From the NCBI GenBank assembly GCA_903821695.1, contig CAIJLX010000067.1:4956-68955 (forward strand): a DNA stretch of 64,000 nt, read 5' to 3'. Below are positions 1-10,324 of the stretch, piece after piece. A program made the position numbers and the translations under genes. Position 1 is the stretch's first letter. Every line of letters begins with the position of its first letter. The notes under the pieces were generated by a model, which saw nothing but the letters and a program-made list of their open reading frames with translations, was not told the origin of the DNA and made no database searches. Source of the DNA: an uncultured Alphaproteobacteria bacterium (GTDB lineage: Bacteria > Pseudomonadota > Alphaproteobacteria > Rickettsiales > CAIJLX01).

Positions 1-563
1 TCCAGCACTGCCTGTTTATCTGCAATTTTGAGCGCGATGTGTGAAGCAACCGTATCTGCCAATTTTGAAGGATCTTTAATTTGCTGCACCGTTGTCAGAA
101 TTTCCGAAGGAATTTTCTTATTTAAACGCACATAATTTTCGAACTCGGTGACAACAGAACGGGCATAGGCCTCAACATCCGTCTCATCCGAAAGCACTTC
201 CGGTAGCAGCTCGACCTTCGCCTGGAAGTAGCTTGGATTATCAATATATTTCAATACTTTAGCGCGGGTTACACCCTCAACCAGCACTTTCACAGTGCCA
301 TCTGGCAAACGCAATAATTGTAGGATGGTTGCGACCACGCCGACGCGGAACATGTCGTCGTAAGTTGGCTCATCTTGCGTTGCATTCTTCTGGGTGGAGA
401 GGAGAATTTTTTTATCACCACGCATCACTTCTTCAAGTGCATGGATCGATTTTGCGCGGCCAACGAAGAGAGGGACAATCATTCCTGGGAAAACCACAAT
501 GTCTCGCAGCGGAAGTACCGGTACAAGAGCCAGATTTTGAATGGTTTTTTCAGGATTATCCAT
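1..563 (-). CDS. lon: Lon protease, N-terminal fragment (runs off the left edge)
   Basis: Open-ended, so it is absent from the ORF track. My reverse-complement translation from the ATG at 563-561 reads MDNPEKTIQNLALVPVLPLRDIVVFPGMIVPLFVGRAKSIHALEEVM..., a typical Lon N-terminal domain. An AGGAG RBS lies just upstream. Position downstream of clpP-clpX is the classical order. Confidence 0.85.
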   Translation of the reverse strand, partial: MDNPEKTIQNLALVPVLPLRDIVVFPGMIVPLFVGRAKSIHALEEVMRGDKKILLSTQKNATQDEPTYDDMFRVGVVATILQLLRLPDGTVKVLVEGVTRAKVLKYIDNPSYFQAKVELLPEVLSDETDVEAYARSVVTEFENYVRLNKKIPSEILTTVQQIKDPSKLADTVASHIALKIADKQAVL

Positions 564-619
564 GCACGCTCCTAATTTGATGGGTACATCAACAACTGAT
601 GCAAACCCGATAATGAATC

Positions 620-647
620 ATATAGGAGGAGTATGGACGAAATCAAG
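620..647 (-). promoter_or_regulatory. Candidate RpoH (sigma32)-type heat-shock promoter for lon
   Basis: The minus strand reads CTTG-N17-CCTATAT (CTTG at 647-644, CCTATAT at 626-620). This matches the alphaproteobacterial sigma32 consensus CTTG-N17/18-CYTATNT and lies about 55 nt upstream of the lon ATG. Confidence 0.4.
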
Positions 648-666
648 TAAGACGCGATTTAAAATA

Positions 667-813
667 TTACTTTGAATCTTCTATCGCAGCACGTTGAATT
701 TCATCGAGTTTTTGCTTGATGATCTGCAAAATGCTGGCACTGTCGTGCTTCGCGACAGAGGTCGTTTCTTTCGGATGATCTAACAAATTTTCGAGCTTTC
801 CAGGTTTGTACAT
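667..813 (-). CDS. Small hypothetical ORF (48 aa) between clpX and lon
   Basis: Hand translation gives MYKPGKLENLLDHPKETTSVAKHDSASILQIIKQKLDEIQRAAIEDSK. Its ATG starts 3 nt after the clpX stop. It is below the ORF-track size cutoff and has no recognisable family. Confidence 0.25.
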   Translation of the reverse strand: MYKPGKLENLLDHPKETTSVAKHDSASILQIIKQKLDEIQRAAIEDSK

Positions 814-816
814 AAC

Positions 817-2106
817 TTACCCTCCTTTTGCGTCGTTTTTAGTCTTTTTCTCCGGTGCAGATGCCTCTTTGATCAACAAAGGTTCCGCCGTTCCTTCGAC
901 CGATTCTTTCGTCACTTGAACTTCTTTAATATCCTTCTGACCAGGCACACTATACATCGTGCTCATCAGCATATTTTCCATAATCGCGCGAAGGCCACGT
1001 GCCCCTGTTTTACGTTCGATCGCTTTGGTTGCAATGGCTTCCAATGCTCCTTTATTAAATTTCAGGTCCACGTTCTCCATTTCAAACAATTTTTGATATT
1101 GTTTGACGAGCGCGTTTTTTGGCTCCGTCAAAATCTGAATCAGTGCTTTTTCATCCAAATCTTCAAGCGTCGCGATCACTGGTAAACGGCCTACGAACTC
1201 AGGAATCAACCCATAACGCACCAGATCTTCCGGTTCGATATGCTTCAAGAATTCACCCGTTTTCAAGCTTTCGACGTTTTGCACATCCGCACCAAAACCA
1301 ATGGTAGAGCCACGGCGACGGCCGCCAATGACCTTATCAATGCCAGAGAATGCACCACCACATATAAAAAGTATATTCGTAGTATCAACTTGCAGGAATT
1401 CCTGCTGCGGATGCTTGCGACCACCTTGTGGCGGCACCGAAGCAACAGTCCCTTCCATGATTTTCAAGAGCGCCTGCTGCACACCCTCACCCGATACGTC
1501 GCGGGTGATCGATGGATTCTCAGATTTACGCGAAATTTTATCAATCTCATCGATATAAACGATACCACGTTGCGCACGCTCAACATTATAATCCGCCGCT
1601 TGTAGCAGGCGAAGAATAATGTTCTCAACGTCTTCACCCACATAACCGGCTTCGGTCAGTGTGGTAGCATCCGCCATGGTAAATGGCACATCGAGAATGC
1701 GAGCCAAGGTTTGTGCGAGCAAGGTTTTGCCCGAACCGGTTGGGCCCATGAGCAAGATGTTAGATTTCGCGAGTTCAACATCGGATGGCTTCTCCGAATG
1801 CATGATGCGCTTATAATGGTTATGCACGGCAACCGAGAGCACGCGTTTTGCATCAAACTGGCCGATAACATAATCATCCAGCACTTTGCAAATTTCCTGC
1901 GGCTTAGGCACGACGCCATCATTACCGAGCAACAATGGCGCTTCCGCCTCTTCGCGGATAATGCCTACGCAGAGTTCGACACACTCATTGCAAATTTGCA
2001 CAGGAATTTGACGCACTTGGTCAAACCCAGCAATCATTTTGCGGACCTTATGCTGCGATTTCCCGCAGAAGGAACAATATAGTGTATCTTTGGTATCTTC
2101 AGCCAT
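817..2106 (-). CDS. clpX: ATP-dependent Clp protease ATP-binding subunit ClpX
   Basis: 429 aa. N-terminal zinc-finger cysteines (CSFCGK...ICNEC), Walker A GPTGSGKT and full-length ClpX-like sequence. Confidence 0.97.
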   Translation of the reverse strand: MAEDTKDTLYCSFCGKSQHKVRKMIAGFDQVRQIPVQICNECVELCVGIIREEAEAPLLLGNDGVVPKPQEICKVLDDYVIGQFDAKRVLSVAVHNHYKRIMHSEKPSDVELAKSNILLMGPTGSGKTLLAQTLARILDVPFTMADATTLTEAGYVGEDVENIILRLLQAADYNVERAQRGIVYIDEIDKISRKSENPSITRDVSGEGVQQALLKIMEGTVASVPPQGGRKHPQQEFLQVDTTNILFICGGAFSGIDKVIGGRRRGSTIGFGADVQNVESLKTGEFLKHIEPEDLVRYGLIPEFVGRLPVIATLEDLDEKALIQILTEPKNALVKQYQKLFEMENVDLKFNKGALEAIATKAIERKTGARGLRAIMENMLMSTMYSVPGQKDIKEVQVTKESVEGTAEPLLIKEASAPEKKTKNDAKGG

Positions 2107-2114
2107 TTGTTCCT

Positions 2115-2750
2115 CTATTTTTTCTCTTTCGGCATTACTTCCGCACGGCTTTCCACCACATGGTCGATCAGCCCGAATTCTTTCGCCGCTTCAGCGCTCA
2201 TGAAATTATCGCGTTCCATATTCTTTTCAATCACGGAAAGCTTCTGACCCGTATGCTTTACATAAACTTGGTTCAGGCGTTTTTTCAGGTTCAAAATTTC
2301 CTGAGCATGAATTTCGATGTCGGTTGCCTGACCTTGGAAGCCACCAGAAGGCTGGTGAATCATCACCCGCGCATTCGGCAACGCATAACGCTGACCTGGC
2401 GCACCAGCAGTCAACAACAACGAACCCATAGAGCAAGCCTGGCCCATACAAAGCGTCGACACTTTCGGTTTGATATATTGCATCGTGTCATAAATTGACA
2501 TGCCCGCAGTTACCACACCACCCGGAGAATTGATGTACATCGAAATTTCTTTATCTGGGTTTTCTGATTCCAGGAATAGCAATTGTGCAACGATCAACGT
2601 CGCCATGCCATCATGCACGCCGCCGCTTAAAAAGATGATCCGCTCTTTCAAAAGGCGTGAATAAATATCATACGAACGCTCACCACGCCCCGTATTTTCC
2701 ACAACCATCGGAACAAGGTAGTTATTATAAGTTTCTAAAATATCAGGCAT
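2115..2750 (-). CDS. clpP: ATP-dependent Clp protease proteolytic subunit ClpP
   Basis: 211 aa. [18 protein letters not shown] and [11 protein letters not shown] (catalytic Ser region). Lies 8 nt upstream of clpX. Confidence 0.97.
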   Translation of the reverse strand: MPDILETYNNYLVPMVVENTGRGERSYDIYSRLLKERIIFLSGGVHDGMATLIVAQLLFLESENPDKEISMYINSPGGVVTAGMSIYDTMQYIKPKVSTLCMGQACSMGSLLLTAGAPGQRYALPNARVMIHQPSGGFQGQATDIEIHAQEILNLKKRLNQVYVKHTGQKLSVIEKNMERDNFMSAEAAKEFGLIDHVVESRAEVMPKEKK

Positions 2751-2880
2751 AATTGCTCTCTAAAAGATGTAATATCTTCACACTAGTGACGTTTTTTTGA
2801 TGGGGCAAGCAGAAATATTTCATGATGTTAAAACCTATGTAGGTAGGTTTTATTTTTTTACTAGTAGTGTGTGGCGTGAA

Positions 2881-3216
2881 TTATTTTTTCGGGAAACCAT
2901 ATTTATCAAGTTCATCCCCATGATCATCACGTAAACTTCGTAGTTCTATCTTTGCAATCGCGGCTTCGACTCGTTGCTTAATTGCTTGATCTAAAACACC
3001 CGCATTAAAAAATTCAGTGGTTAGTTCTTTGGCAGTAGGAATGTTAACTTTAAAATTAAAAGTACTTATATTGCCATCAAAGCCAGCGAAAAAACCTCTG
3101 CGGGCAATTATTCCATCGATGACCCTTACGGCAACTTCTTCGTCTGCCGTTTGAGGTCTATCATACTGAAAATAGACCATCTGCCCCTGAATTGAGAAAT
3201 CTTTAATCCCAGCCAT
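2881..3216 (-). CDS. Hypothetical protein (111 aa), AT-rich
   Basis: Clean ORF with no competing frame. No signal peptide or motif that I recognise. Visibly more AT-rich than the flanking clpP and carB. Confidence 0.5.
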   Translation of the reverse strand: MAGIKDFSIQGQMVYFQYDRPQTADEEVAVRVIDGIIARRGFFAGFDGNISTFNFKVNIPTAKELTTEFFNAGVLDQAIKQRVEAAIAKIELRSLRDDHGDELDKYGFPKK

Positions 3217-3242
3217 TTGGTTAGAATAACTTAAAATTTCTT

Positions 3243-6200
3243 TTAAGCAAAATAACTCTGAAGCGGCGCTACTTCTAAGCCGCCACCCGTCTTTAAACGC
3301 TTAATCGCCATTACCATTTCGCGAGCACCAGCTACCGTTGTCGCGTATGGAATTTTAGAAAGCAGCGCGGTGCGGCGGATGCTGAAGGAATCGGAAATTG
3401 CCTTCGAGCCTTCGGTGGTGTTGATGACTAATTGGACGCCGTTTTCTTTCATTTTATCGACGATGTGTGGGCTGCCGTCGATTACTTTGTTGATCGAGGC
3501 GACTTCGATACCGGCGGCTTCTAAATAAGAGGCAGTGCCGGAGGTGGCCACGATATCAAACTGCAATTCGCGCAGGATTTGGGAGAGGCGCACCATGGCG
3601 GGTTTGTCTTCTTCTTTTACCGAAATAAACACCGTGCCCAACATCGGCAATTTCGCGCCAGCGGCGATTTGTGCTTTGGCAAATGCGGAATCGAAATTTT
3701 TATCGAGGCCCATCACTTCGCCGGTCGATTTCATTTCTGGGCCAAGCAATACATCAACGCCCGAGAAGCGTGCAAATGGGAACACCACTTCTTTCACCGC
3801 CATGTGATTATGTTTTTTATTTTCATCGAGATTAAACGATTTCAATTTCTCACCCGCCATCACCCGTGCCGCAATTTTCGCGACCGGCACACCGGTTGCC
3901 TTCGCGACAAACGGAACAGTGCGGCTGGAACGTGGGTTTACTTCTAAAATATAAATATCGTCGCCTTGCGTTGCGAACTGCACGTTCATCAGGCCGACCA
4001 CTTTAAGCGCTTTCGCCAAGATGCGGGTTTGCTCTTTCAGGCGATCGATCATTTGTGTCGTCAGCGAATGTGGTGGCAGTGAGCATGCGGAATCACCACT
4101 ATGGATTCCCGCTTCTTCAATATGCTCCATGACGCCTGCAATATAAACATCGGTGCCATCGGCAATCGCATCGACATCAATTTCTGCAGCATGGACGAGG
4201 AATGAATCGAGCAGCAACGGACCCGCCTCAAAAAACTCGCGCACTTCGCTCAAATAATTGAGCAAGCCTTGCTCATCATGAATAATCGCCATCGCCCGGC
4301 CGCCCAACACATATGAAGGACGCACGACCACCGGAAAGCCGATTTTACCAGCGTTATCTTTTACTTCCTGCTCGGTTTTGCAGATGAAATTCACCGGTTG
4401 TTTGAGGCCATTATCTTGCAGCAATTTCTTAAACCGCTCACGATCTTCCGCCAAATCAATCGCATCATGCGAGGTGCCCAGCAATGGCACACCATTTTGC
4501 TCCAACCCGTGCGCGAGCTTCAGCGGAGTCTGTCCACCGAACTGTACATTGATGCCTTTCACTTTGCCGTTGGAGGATTCGACATGATAAATTTCCATCA
4601 CATCTTCCAACGTCAGCGGCTCGAAATAGAGCCGATCCGAGGTGTCATAATCCGTCGAAACCGTTTCCGGATTACAATTGATCATGATCGTTTCATAACC
4701 CGCCTCTTTCAGCGCATAGGCTGCATGCACACACGCATAATCAAACTCCACCCCTTGGCCGATCCGGTTTGGGCCGGAGCCCAGAATAATCGTTTTGGTT
4801 TTGTTGGTAGGCGCTGCTTCGGATTCGCTGCCCCAATAGGTCGAATACATATAAGGCGTCGAGCTTTCAAATTCCGCAGCGCAGGTATCGACACGTTTAT
4901 AGACCGGGCGGATATGTTGTTTATGCCGCAATGCCGTAATCTCGGATTCTTTTTTGCCAGTGAGCTGGGCGAGGCGTTTATCGGAAAAGCCCATTTGTTT
5001 GAGCGGCAAAAGTTGGCCGAGGCCTTCGGCTTTCACTTTGTTTTCTTGCTGAATAATTTCTTCAATCTGGCGCAGGAACCATGGGTCCCATTCGGTCACT
5101 GCTTGAATTTCTTCCACGCTCAAACCACGGCGGAATGCGTCGGCGATATAGCGCATGCGGTTCGGCGTTGGGCGTTGCATGAGCGCCAAAATATCATCGT
5201 CTTCTTTCGCTGCAGGATCAAACCCGCAAATGCCGGTTTCCATTGAGCGCAATGCTTTTTGCAAGCTCTCCTGGAACGTTCCACCAATCGCCATCACCTC
5301 GCCGACAGATTTCATCGCCGAGGTGAGCGTATTGTCGCTGCCGGGGAATTTTTCAAACGTGAAACGTGGCATTTTGATAACGACATAATCGAGCGAAGGC
5401 TCGAACGATGCCGGCATAAACGCCGCACCTTTACCACGACTTACCACATCATTTTGCAATTCATCCAGCGTATAACCTACGGCCAGTTTCGCAGCGACTT
5501 TTGCAATCGGGAAGCCCGTTGCTTTCGATGCAAGTGCGGAAGAACGAGACACACGTGGGTTCATTTCAATCACCAACATGCGCCCATCTTTTGGGTTGAT
5601 GGCGAATTGTACGTTGGAGCCACCGGTTTCGACACCAATCTCGCGCAGCACGGCAAGGCTTGCGTTGCGCATGATTTGCAATTCTTTGTCGGTCAATGTG
5701 AGTGCGGGCGCTACGGTGATCGAGTCACCGGTATGCACACCCATTGGGTCTAAATTTTCGATCGAGCAGATGATGATGCAGTTATCTTTTTTGTCGCGCA
5801 CCACTTCCATTTCGAACTCTTTCCAACCGATGATCGATTCATCGATCAACACTTCATTCGTCGGCGAAGCATCAAGCCCCGAGAGCACAATCCGCTCAAA
5901 TTCTTCCATCGTATGCGCCACACCGCCGCCCGAACCGCCCAATGTAAAGGATGGCCGAATAATCGCTGGCAGACCCGTACGCTTCACCGCTTTGAGTGCC
6001 TCTTTCAACGTATGCACCACCGCATTGCGTGGCACTTCCAAGCCAATGCGCTTCATCGCCTCATTAAACAGCTGGCGGTTCTCCGCCATCTCAATTGCTT
6101 CCGGCGAAGCACCAATTAATTTGCAGCCATATTTATCGAGCGTGCCATCTTTCGCGAGCGCCAACGCAGTATTGAGCGCTGTCTGCCCGCCCATCGTCGG

Positions 6201-6461
6201 CAGCACCGCATCAGGACGTTCTTTATCAATAATCTTCGCCACCATCTCCGGCGTAATCGGCTCAATATACGTCGCATCCGCCAATTCCGGATCAGTCATG
6301 ATGGTTGCAGGATTAGAGTTCACCAAAATAACCCGATAACCTTCTTCCTTGAGCGCCTTACAAGCCTGCGTCCCCGAATAATCAAACTCACATGCCTGGC
6401 CGATAACAATCGGTCCGGCGCCGATGATGAGGATGGATTTGATGTCTGTTCTTTTTGGCAT
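3243..6461 (-). CDS. carB: Carbamoyl-phosphate synthase large subunit
   Basis: 1072 aa with duplicated ATP-grasp halves, typical N-terminus [42 protein letters not shown], and a C-terminal MGS-like domain. Confidence 0.98.
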   Translation of the reverse strand: MPKRTDIKSILIIGAGPIVIGQACEFDYSGTQACKALKEEGYRVILVNSNPATIMTDPELADATYIEPITPEMVAKIIDKERPDAVLPTMGGQTALNTALALAKDGTLDKYGCKLIGASPEAIEMAENRQLFNEAMKRIGLEVPRNAVVHTLKEALKAVKRTGLPAIIRPSFTLGGSGGGVAHTMEEFERIVLSGLDASPTNEVLIDESIIGWKEFEMEVVRDKKDNCIIICSIENLDPMGVHTGDSITVAPALTLTDKELQIMRNASLAVLREIGVETGGSNVQFAINPKDGRMLVIEMNPRVSRSSALASKATGFPIAKVAAKLAVGYTLDELQNDVVSRGKGAAFMPASFEPSLDYVVIKMPRFTFEKFPGSDNTLTSAMKSVGEVMAIGGTFQESLQKALRSMETGICGFDPAAKEDDDILALMQRPTPNRMRYIADAFRRGLSVEEIQAVTEWDPWFLRQIEEIIQQENKVKAEGLGQLLPLKQMGFSDKRLAQLTGKKESEITALRHKQHIRPVYKRVDTCAAEFESSTPYMYSTYWGSESEAAPTNKTKTIILGSGPNRIGQGVEFDYACVHAAYALKEAGYETIMINCNPETVSTDYDTSDRLYFEPLTLEDVMEIYHVESSNGKVKGINVQFGGQTPLKLAHGLEQNGVPLLGTSHDAIDLAEDRERFKKLLQDNGLKQPVNFICKTEQEVKDNAGKIGFPVVVRPSYVLGGRAMAIIHDEQGLLNYLSEVREFFEAGPLLLDSFLVHAAEIDVDAIADGTDVYIAGVMEHIEEAGIHSGDSACSLPPHSLTTQMIDRLKEQTRILAKALKVVGLMNVQFATQGDDIYILEVNPRSSRTVPFVAKATGVPVAKIAARVMAGEKLKSFNLDENKKHNHMAVKEVVFPFARFSGVDVLLGPEMKSTGEVMGLDKNFDSAFAKAQIAAGAKLPMLGTVFISVKEEDKPAMVRLSQILRELQFDIVATSGTASYLEAAGIEVASINKVIDGSPHIVDKMKENGVQLVINTTEGSKAISDSFSIRRTALLSKIPYATTVAGAREMVMAIKRLKTGGGLEVAPLQSYFA

Positions 6462-6463
6462 AG

Positions 6464-6970
6464 TTATATTTCTGCCACTCCTGCAGCTCTGGATATCGTA
6501 CGCTGCATTTCGGAAAGACCGCTTATCAACAGCGGCCTTGCAGGTAGCACCTCTCCCATATCTAATATCTTAAACACATCATCAAAAATCCCACGCACAC
6601 GGGCACCTTTCGGATGGGCAGGATTTATCAGATGATATAAAAACGAAAAAGCCTCAGCGGCGTCGTGCTTTTTTATGGTGGCTTTATTGTGATACATATC
6701 TTCTTCAATCTGTAGCATACGCTCTAATGTTGCCTTCAGTACATCAGGCGCTACTGCCAAAACGCGATCATTGAAATAAAATGCCTGGCCATCTACAGGT
6801 GTAAAATTAAGCGCTTCGATATTGGAATCCTTGGCGTACCAATAAGGACCAGTCGCCGCTTTAGAGGCATTATGAAACGCCAGCGCCATATTTGATTTTT
6901 CACCCGACTCACTCACAATAGTAACGGCAACAAGTTTTGTCTTTGGCTCCACAATGAATTCTTCGTTCAT
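6464..6970 (-). CDS. Hypothetical protein (168 aa) inserted between carA and carB
   Basis: Its ATG overlaps the carA stop (ATGA, 6967-6970), and its stop lies 2 nt before the carB ATG. No family recognised. Confidence 0.6.
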   Translation of the reverse strand: MNEEFIVEPKTKLVAVTIVSESGEKSNMALAFHNASKAATGPYWYAKDSNIEALNFTPVDGQAFYFNDRVLAVAPDVLKATLERMLQIEEDMYHNKATIKKHDAAEAFSFLYHLINPAHPKGARVRGIFDDVFKILDMGEVLPARPLLISGLSEMQRTISRAAGVAEI

Positions 6971-8160
6971 TTTGATACCTTCTTTTTCGTTTCCGATTTT
7001 TGATTTGCCGTCATCGCATCGACAAATTCTTGGAACATATAATGTGTATCATGCGGACCAGGTGATGCTTCGGGGTGGCCTTGCACCGAGAAAGCGACAT
7101 AATTCTTTGCGCGAATACCTTGGATAGTACCGTCGAATAGCGAGCGGTGGGTTACTTCGATGGTGCTTGGCAATTTTTCATCCGAGACAACGAAGCCATG
7201 GTTTTGGCTGGTGATTTCTACTTTTTTCGTACGCAAATCTTGCACCGGATGGTTTGCTCCACGATGACCTTGTTTCATTTTTTCGGTTTTAGCGCCGAGT
7301 GCGAGGCCGAGCATTTGATGACCTAAACAGATACCTAATACTGGTGTTTGTGATTCCAGAATTTCTTGAATCGTTGGAATTGCGTAAACACCCGTTGCAG
7401 CAGGATCGCCGGGGCCGTTGCTTAGGAATACGCCATCTGGTTTTAGTTTCAAAATATCTTTTGCTGAGGTTTCAGCGGGAACAACGGTGACGTTGCAGCC
7501 ATAGCTTACTAACACGCGCAGGATGTTTTGTTTGCAGCCGTAATCGAGAGCGACAACATTATATGTCGCTTTTGCCGGTTTGCTTTTGCCGCCGAGTGCC
7601 CATACTGGTTCTTTCCACTCGCTCGCTTTTTTGCCGGTCACATTTTTCGCGAGGTCTAGGCCTTTCATCGAAGGTTGCGCCTGAATTTCTTTCACCACCG
7701 CATCTGCTTTATACTCGCCGCTCACGATCGCGACATTTTGTGCGCCTTTCGTGCGGATATGGCGGGTGAGTGCTCTGGTATCGATGCCATAAATGCCGGA
7801 GATATTATTTTTCTCGCACCATTGATCGAGCGAGGTTTCGCTGCGGAAGTTCGAAGGAAGTGTTGGTTTCGCACGCACAACCAGGCCACTCGCATGCGGG
7901 GTTTTGCATTCGATATCTTCCTCATTCATGCCGACATTGCCGATATGGGGGAAGGTGAAAGTGATGATTTGGCCGGCATAGGAGGGATCGGTGAGGATTT
8001 CTTGATAGCCGGTCATCGCGGTGTTGAAGCAGATTTCGCCGAAGGTTTTTTCGGATTTTCCGAAGCTGAATCCTTCAAATACTGTTCCGTCCGCCAAGAT
8101 GAGTGCGGCTTTTTTTGGCTCAGCAAGAGCTATCCCCTGATTTTTGGGGGTGTGAATCAT
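6967..8160 (-). CDS. carA: Carbamoyl-phosphate synthase small (glutaminase) subunit
   Basis: 397 aa with the class I amidotransferase motif PVLGICLGHQMLGLALG and a CarA-type N-domain. Confidence 0.96.
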   Translation of the reverse strand: MIHTPKNQGIALAEPKKAALILADGTVFEGFSFGKSEKTFGEICFNTAMTGYQEILTDPSYAGQIITFTFPHIGNVGMNEEDIECKTPHASGLVVRAKPTLPSNFRSETSLDQWCEKNNISGIYGIDTRALTRHIRTKGAQNVAIVSGEYKADAVVKEIQAQPSMKGLDLAKNVTGKKASEWKEPVWALGGKSKPAKATYNVVALDYGCKQNILRVLVSYGCNVTVVPAETSAKDILKLKPDGVFLSNGPGDPAATGVYAIPTIQEILESQTPVLGICLGHQMLGLALGAKTEKMKQGHRGANHPVQDLRTKKVEITSQNHGFVVSDEKLPSTIEVTHRSLFDGTIQGIRAKNYVAFSVQGHPEASPGPHDTHYMFQEFVDAMTANQKSETKKKVSK

Positions 8161-8184
8161 GTTGTATCCTTCGGAATTTTGCGG

Positions 8185-8212
8185 AGTATATTCCCCTATC
8201 GCCCGCTGTCAA
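8185..8212 (-). promoter_or_regulatory. Candidate sigma70-type promoter for carA
   Basis: The minus strand reads TTGACA (8212-8207), a 16-nt spacer, then TATACT (8190-8185). This lies about 25 nt upstream of the carA ATG, with an AAGGA RBS in between. Confidence 0.45.
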
Positions 8213-8221
8213 CGTCTATCA

Positions 8222-8250
8222 TTGACAGCACACATACATCTACCTATCTT
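8222..8250 (+). promoter_or_regulatory. Candidate sigma70-type promoter for tolQ
   Basis: TTGACA (8222-8227), a 17-nt spacer, then TATCTT (8245-8250), followed by a GGAGAA RBS and the ATG at 8273. The two divergent -35 hexamers are the arms of the inverted repeat GCTGTCAA-N9-TTGACAGC (8205-8229). Confidence 0.45.
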
Positions 8251-8272
8251 CCTGAGCGACTGGAGAAAATTT

Positions 8273-9031
8273 ATGACCGTTGCAACCGCTACTCAACCAT
8301 TACAAGCTACTGAACTTGCCGGAAATATGGCCAACCACGATCTCAGCATGTTCGGGCTGTTTTTACAGGCCGATATTCTGGTGAAATTGGTGATGTTAAT
8401 GCTGTTTGCCTCATCCGTTTGGTGCTGGACGATTATTTTCAATAAATATACCCGCTTTAAAATCATGAAACACCAGACCACGAAGTTCGAAGAAAGCTTC
8501 TGGAGCGGTGATATGCTTGAAAATCTCTATGAGCGTGTGAAACAAACCGCCGATCACCCAATCGCGATGGTGTTTGTTGCCGGCATGCATGAATGGCTGA
8601 CGCACGATATGAAGCGCATCGGCGGCCACGCCCTGCAAATCGGCCTCAAAGAGCGCATTCAACAGGCAATGAGCGTCGCGAAAAACCGTGGTATTGAGAA
8701 ATTGGAGCAAGGGCTTCCGTTCCTCGCGACCGTCGGCTCGACGGCACCCTTCGTCGGTTTGTTCGGCACAGTATGGGGTATTATGAACAGCTTCCAATCA
8801 ATCGCGATGACGAAAAATACCTCACTTGCAGTGGTCGCACCTGGCATTGCGGAGGCGTTGTTTGCAACGGCGGTTGGTTTGTTCGCGGCGATTCCAGCGG
8901 TGATTTTTTATAATAAATTCTCGAATGATCTAAACCGGTTTGCCTCAAAGCTTGAAGATTTCTCGCAAGAATTTTCGGCGATTCTTTCGCGTGAGTTGGA
9001 TGCACAGGAAATGAAAAAGGGCATGCTGTAA
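8273..9031 (+). CDS. tolQ: Tol-Pal system protein TolQ (MotA/TolQ/ExbB family)
   Basis: Track ORF 8159-9031. I prefer the ATG at 8273, which has a GGAGAA RBS, because the upstream extension overlaps carA. Family evidence is three TM segments and TAPFVGLFGTVWGIMNSF. Confidence 0.9.
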   Translation: MTVATATQPLQATELAGNMANHDLSMFGLFLQADILVKLVMLMLFASSVWCWTIIFNKYTRFKIMKHQTTKFEESFWSGDMLENLYERVKQTADHPIAMVFVAGMHEWLTHDMKRIGGHALQIGLKERIQQAMSVAKNRGIEKLEQGLPFLATVGSTAPFVGLFGTVWGIMNSFQSIAMTKNTSLAVVAPGIAEALFATAVGLFAAIPAVIFYNKFSNDLNRFASKLEDFSQEFSAILSRELDAQEMKKGML

Positions 9032-9457
9032 ATGGGCGTTTCACTCAATAATGGTCGCGGCAGCAAACGTGCGGTGATGAGCGATATTAACATTACGCCG
9101 ATGGTGGATGTAATGTTGGTGCTGCTGATTATCTTTATGGTGACTGCCCCATTAATGACCTCTGGCGTTGCGGTCGATCTGCCAAAAACTTCGGCGGCGG
9201 CGGTTGCAGGCGAAGATAAACCGCTTTCGATTACGATTACGGAGAAAGGTGAGATTTTCCTGCAAAATACACCACTGAAGCTGGAAGAGCTGGCACCGAA
9301 ATTGGTGGCAGTGCTGGGCCAAAAGGCTGACACGCGCATTTTCGTGCGTGGCGATAAAAACGCGAATTATGGCATGATCATGCAGGTGGTTTCGACCATC
9401 AATCAAGCAGGCTTTACCAAAGTGGCGTTTTTGACCGAAAACCCACACGGGGGCTGA
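9032..9457 (+). CDS. tolR: Tol-Pal system protein TolR (ExbD/TolR family)
   Basis: 141 aa with DINITPMVDVMLVLLIIFMVTAPL. Starts immediately after the tolQ stop. Confidence 0.9.
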   Translation: MGVSLNNGRGSKRAVMSDINITPMVDVMLVLLIIFMVTAPLMTSGVAVDLPKTSAAAVAGEDKPLSITITEKGEIFLQNTPLKLEELAPKLVAVLGQKADTRIFVRGDKNANYGMIMQVVSTINQAGFTKVAFLTENPHGG

Positions 9458-9463
9458 TGCCGT

Positions 9464-10324
9464 ATGGAAAACCGGGGGCTTCAAGGCTCGCTCATTCTTC
9501 ATGGCCTTCTGGTGCTGTTTGCCCTTTTTGGCCTGCCGAATCTGTTTAAAAAAGACATAGAACCGGTCAATTTAGTTACCGTTGAGCTCGTCCCCATCTC
9601 GTCCCTTACCAATGTGCCCAAGGCCGAAGAGCCTGTAAAACCAAAAGACGAACCCAAAAAAGAAGAGCCTAAAATAGAGAAGAAGGCCCCTCCTCCACCT
9701 CCGCCGCCTCCACCCAAGGAAGAGCCAAAACCAGAACCCGAAAAGCCGCAACCACCAGAGCCGGAAAAAGCCGAGCCGTTGCCTGAAGCAAAAAAGGAAA
9801 AGCCAACCCCAAAGCCCAAAGCTGCGCCGCCTGTAAAGCCAATCGAGAAGCCAAAAAAGAAAGAAGAAAAACTGGATTTTGATTCGGTATTAAAAACCGT
9901 AGAAAAAATCGAAAAGAAACAAGCGAAGGAAGAACAGAAAGAAGAAAAAAAGGATAATGATTCCGCCAAAGCAAAGGCCAAAACCAGCAGCCCCTTTGAC
10001 GCCAACCAACCGTTAAGCATCAGCGAACGTGACGCCATCATCCAACAAATTTCCCAATGCTGGAGCATCCCCGCCGGCGCGAAAGATGCACAAGACTTAA
10101 GTGTATTATTGCATTTAAGCTTAGAAAAAGACGGCACCGTCCGTAATGTCAAAATTGCCGATACCGTGCGCTATGCCAGCGCCGACAGCTTCTACCAAGC
10201 CGCCGCCGATTCGGCCGTTAGAGCCGTCCGCAAATGCAGCCCCCTCAAAAACTTGCCGCAAGATAAATACGACACCTGGAAAGAAATCGAAATGAACTTC
10301 GATCCGAAGGAAATGCTGTATTAA
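9464..10324 (+). CDS. tolA: TolA-like protein (N-terminal TM anchor, Pro/Glu/Lys-rich linker, TolA/TonB-type C-domain)
   Basis: 286 aa. N-terminal TM helix, a long PPPPPPPKEEPKPEPEKP-type linker and a globular C-terminus. Its position after tolQR supports the call. Confidence 0.8.
   Translation: MENRGLQGSLILHGLLVLFALFGLPNLFKKDIEPVNLVTVELVPISSLTNVPKAEEPVKPKDEPKKEEPKIEKKAPPPPPPPPPKEEPKPEPEKPQPPEPEKAEPLPEAKKEKPTPKPKAAPPVKPIEKPKKKEEKLDFDSVLKTVEKIEKKQAKEEQKEEKKDNDSAKAKAKTSSPFDANQPLSISERDAIIQQISQCWSIPAGAKDAQDLSVLLHLSLEKDGTVRNVKIADTVRYASADSFYQAAADSAVRAVRKCSPLKNLPQDKYDTWKEIEMNFDPKEMLY

Noticed and set aside
4398-6339. Long plus-strand ORFs (282, 164 and 253 aa) inside carB
   Set aside because: These are antisense to a perfectly conserved carB reading frame. 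They have odd composition and no start context.
9499-10152. 217-aa and 101-aa minus-strand ORFs inside tolA
   Set aside because: They are antisense to the Pro/Glu/Lys-rich linker, giving poly-Gly/Ser/Phe nonsense. The tolA call is supported by context.
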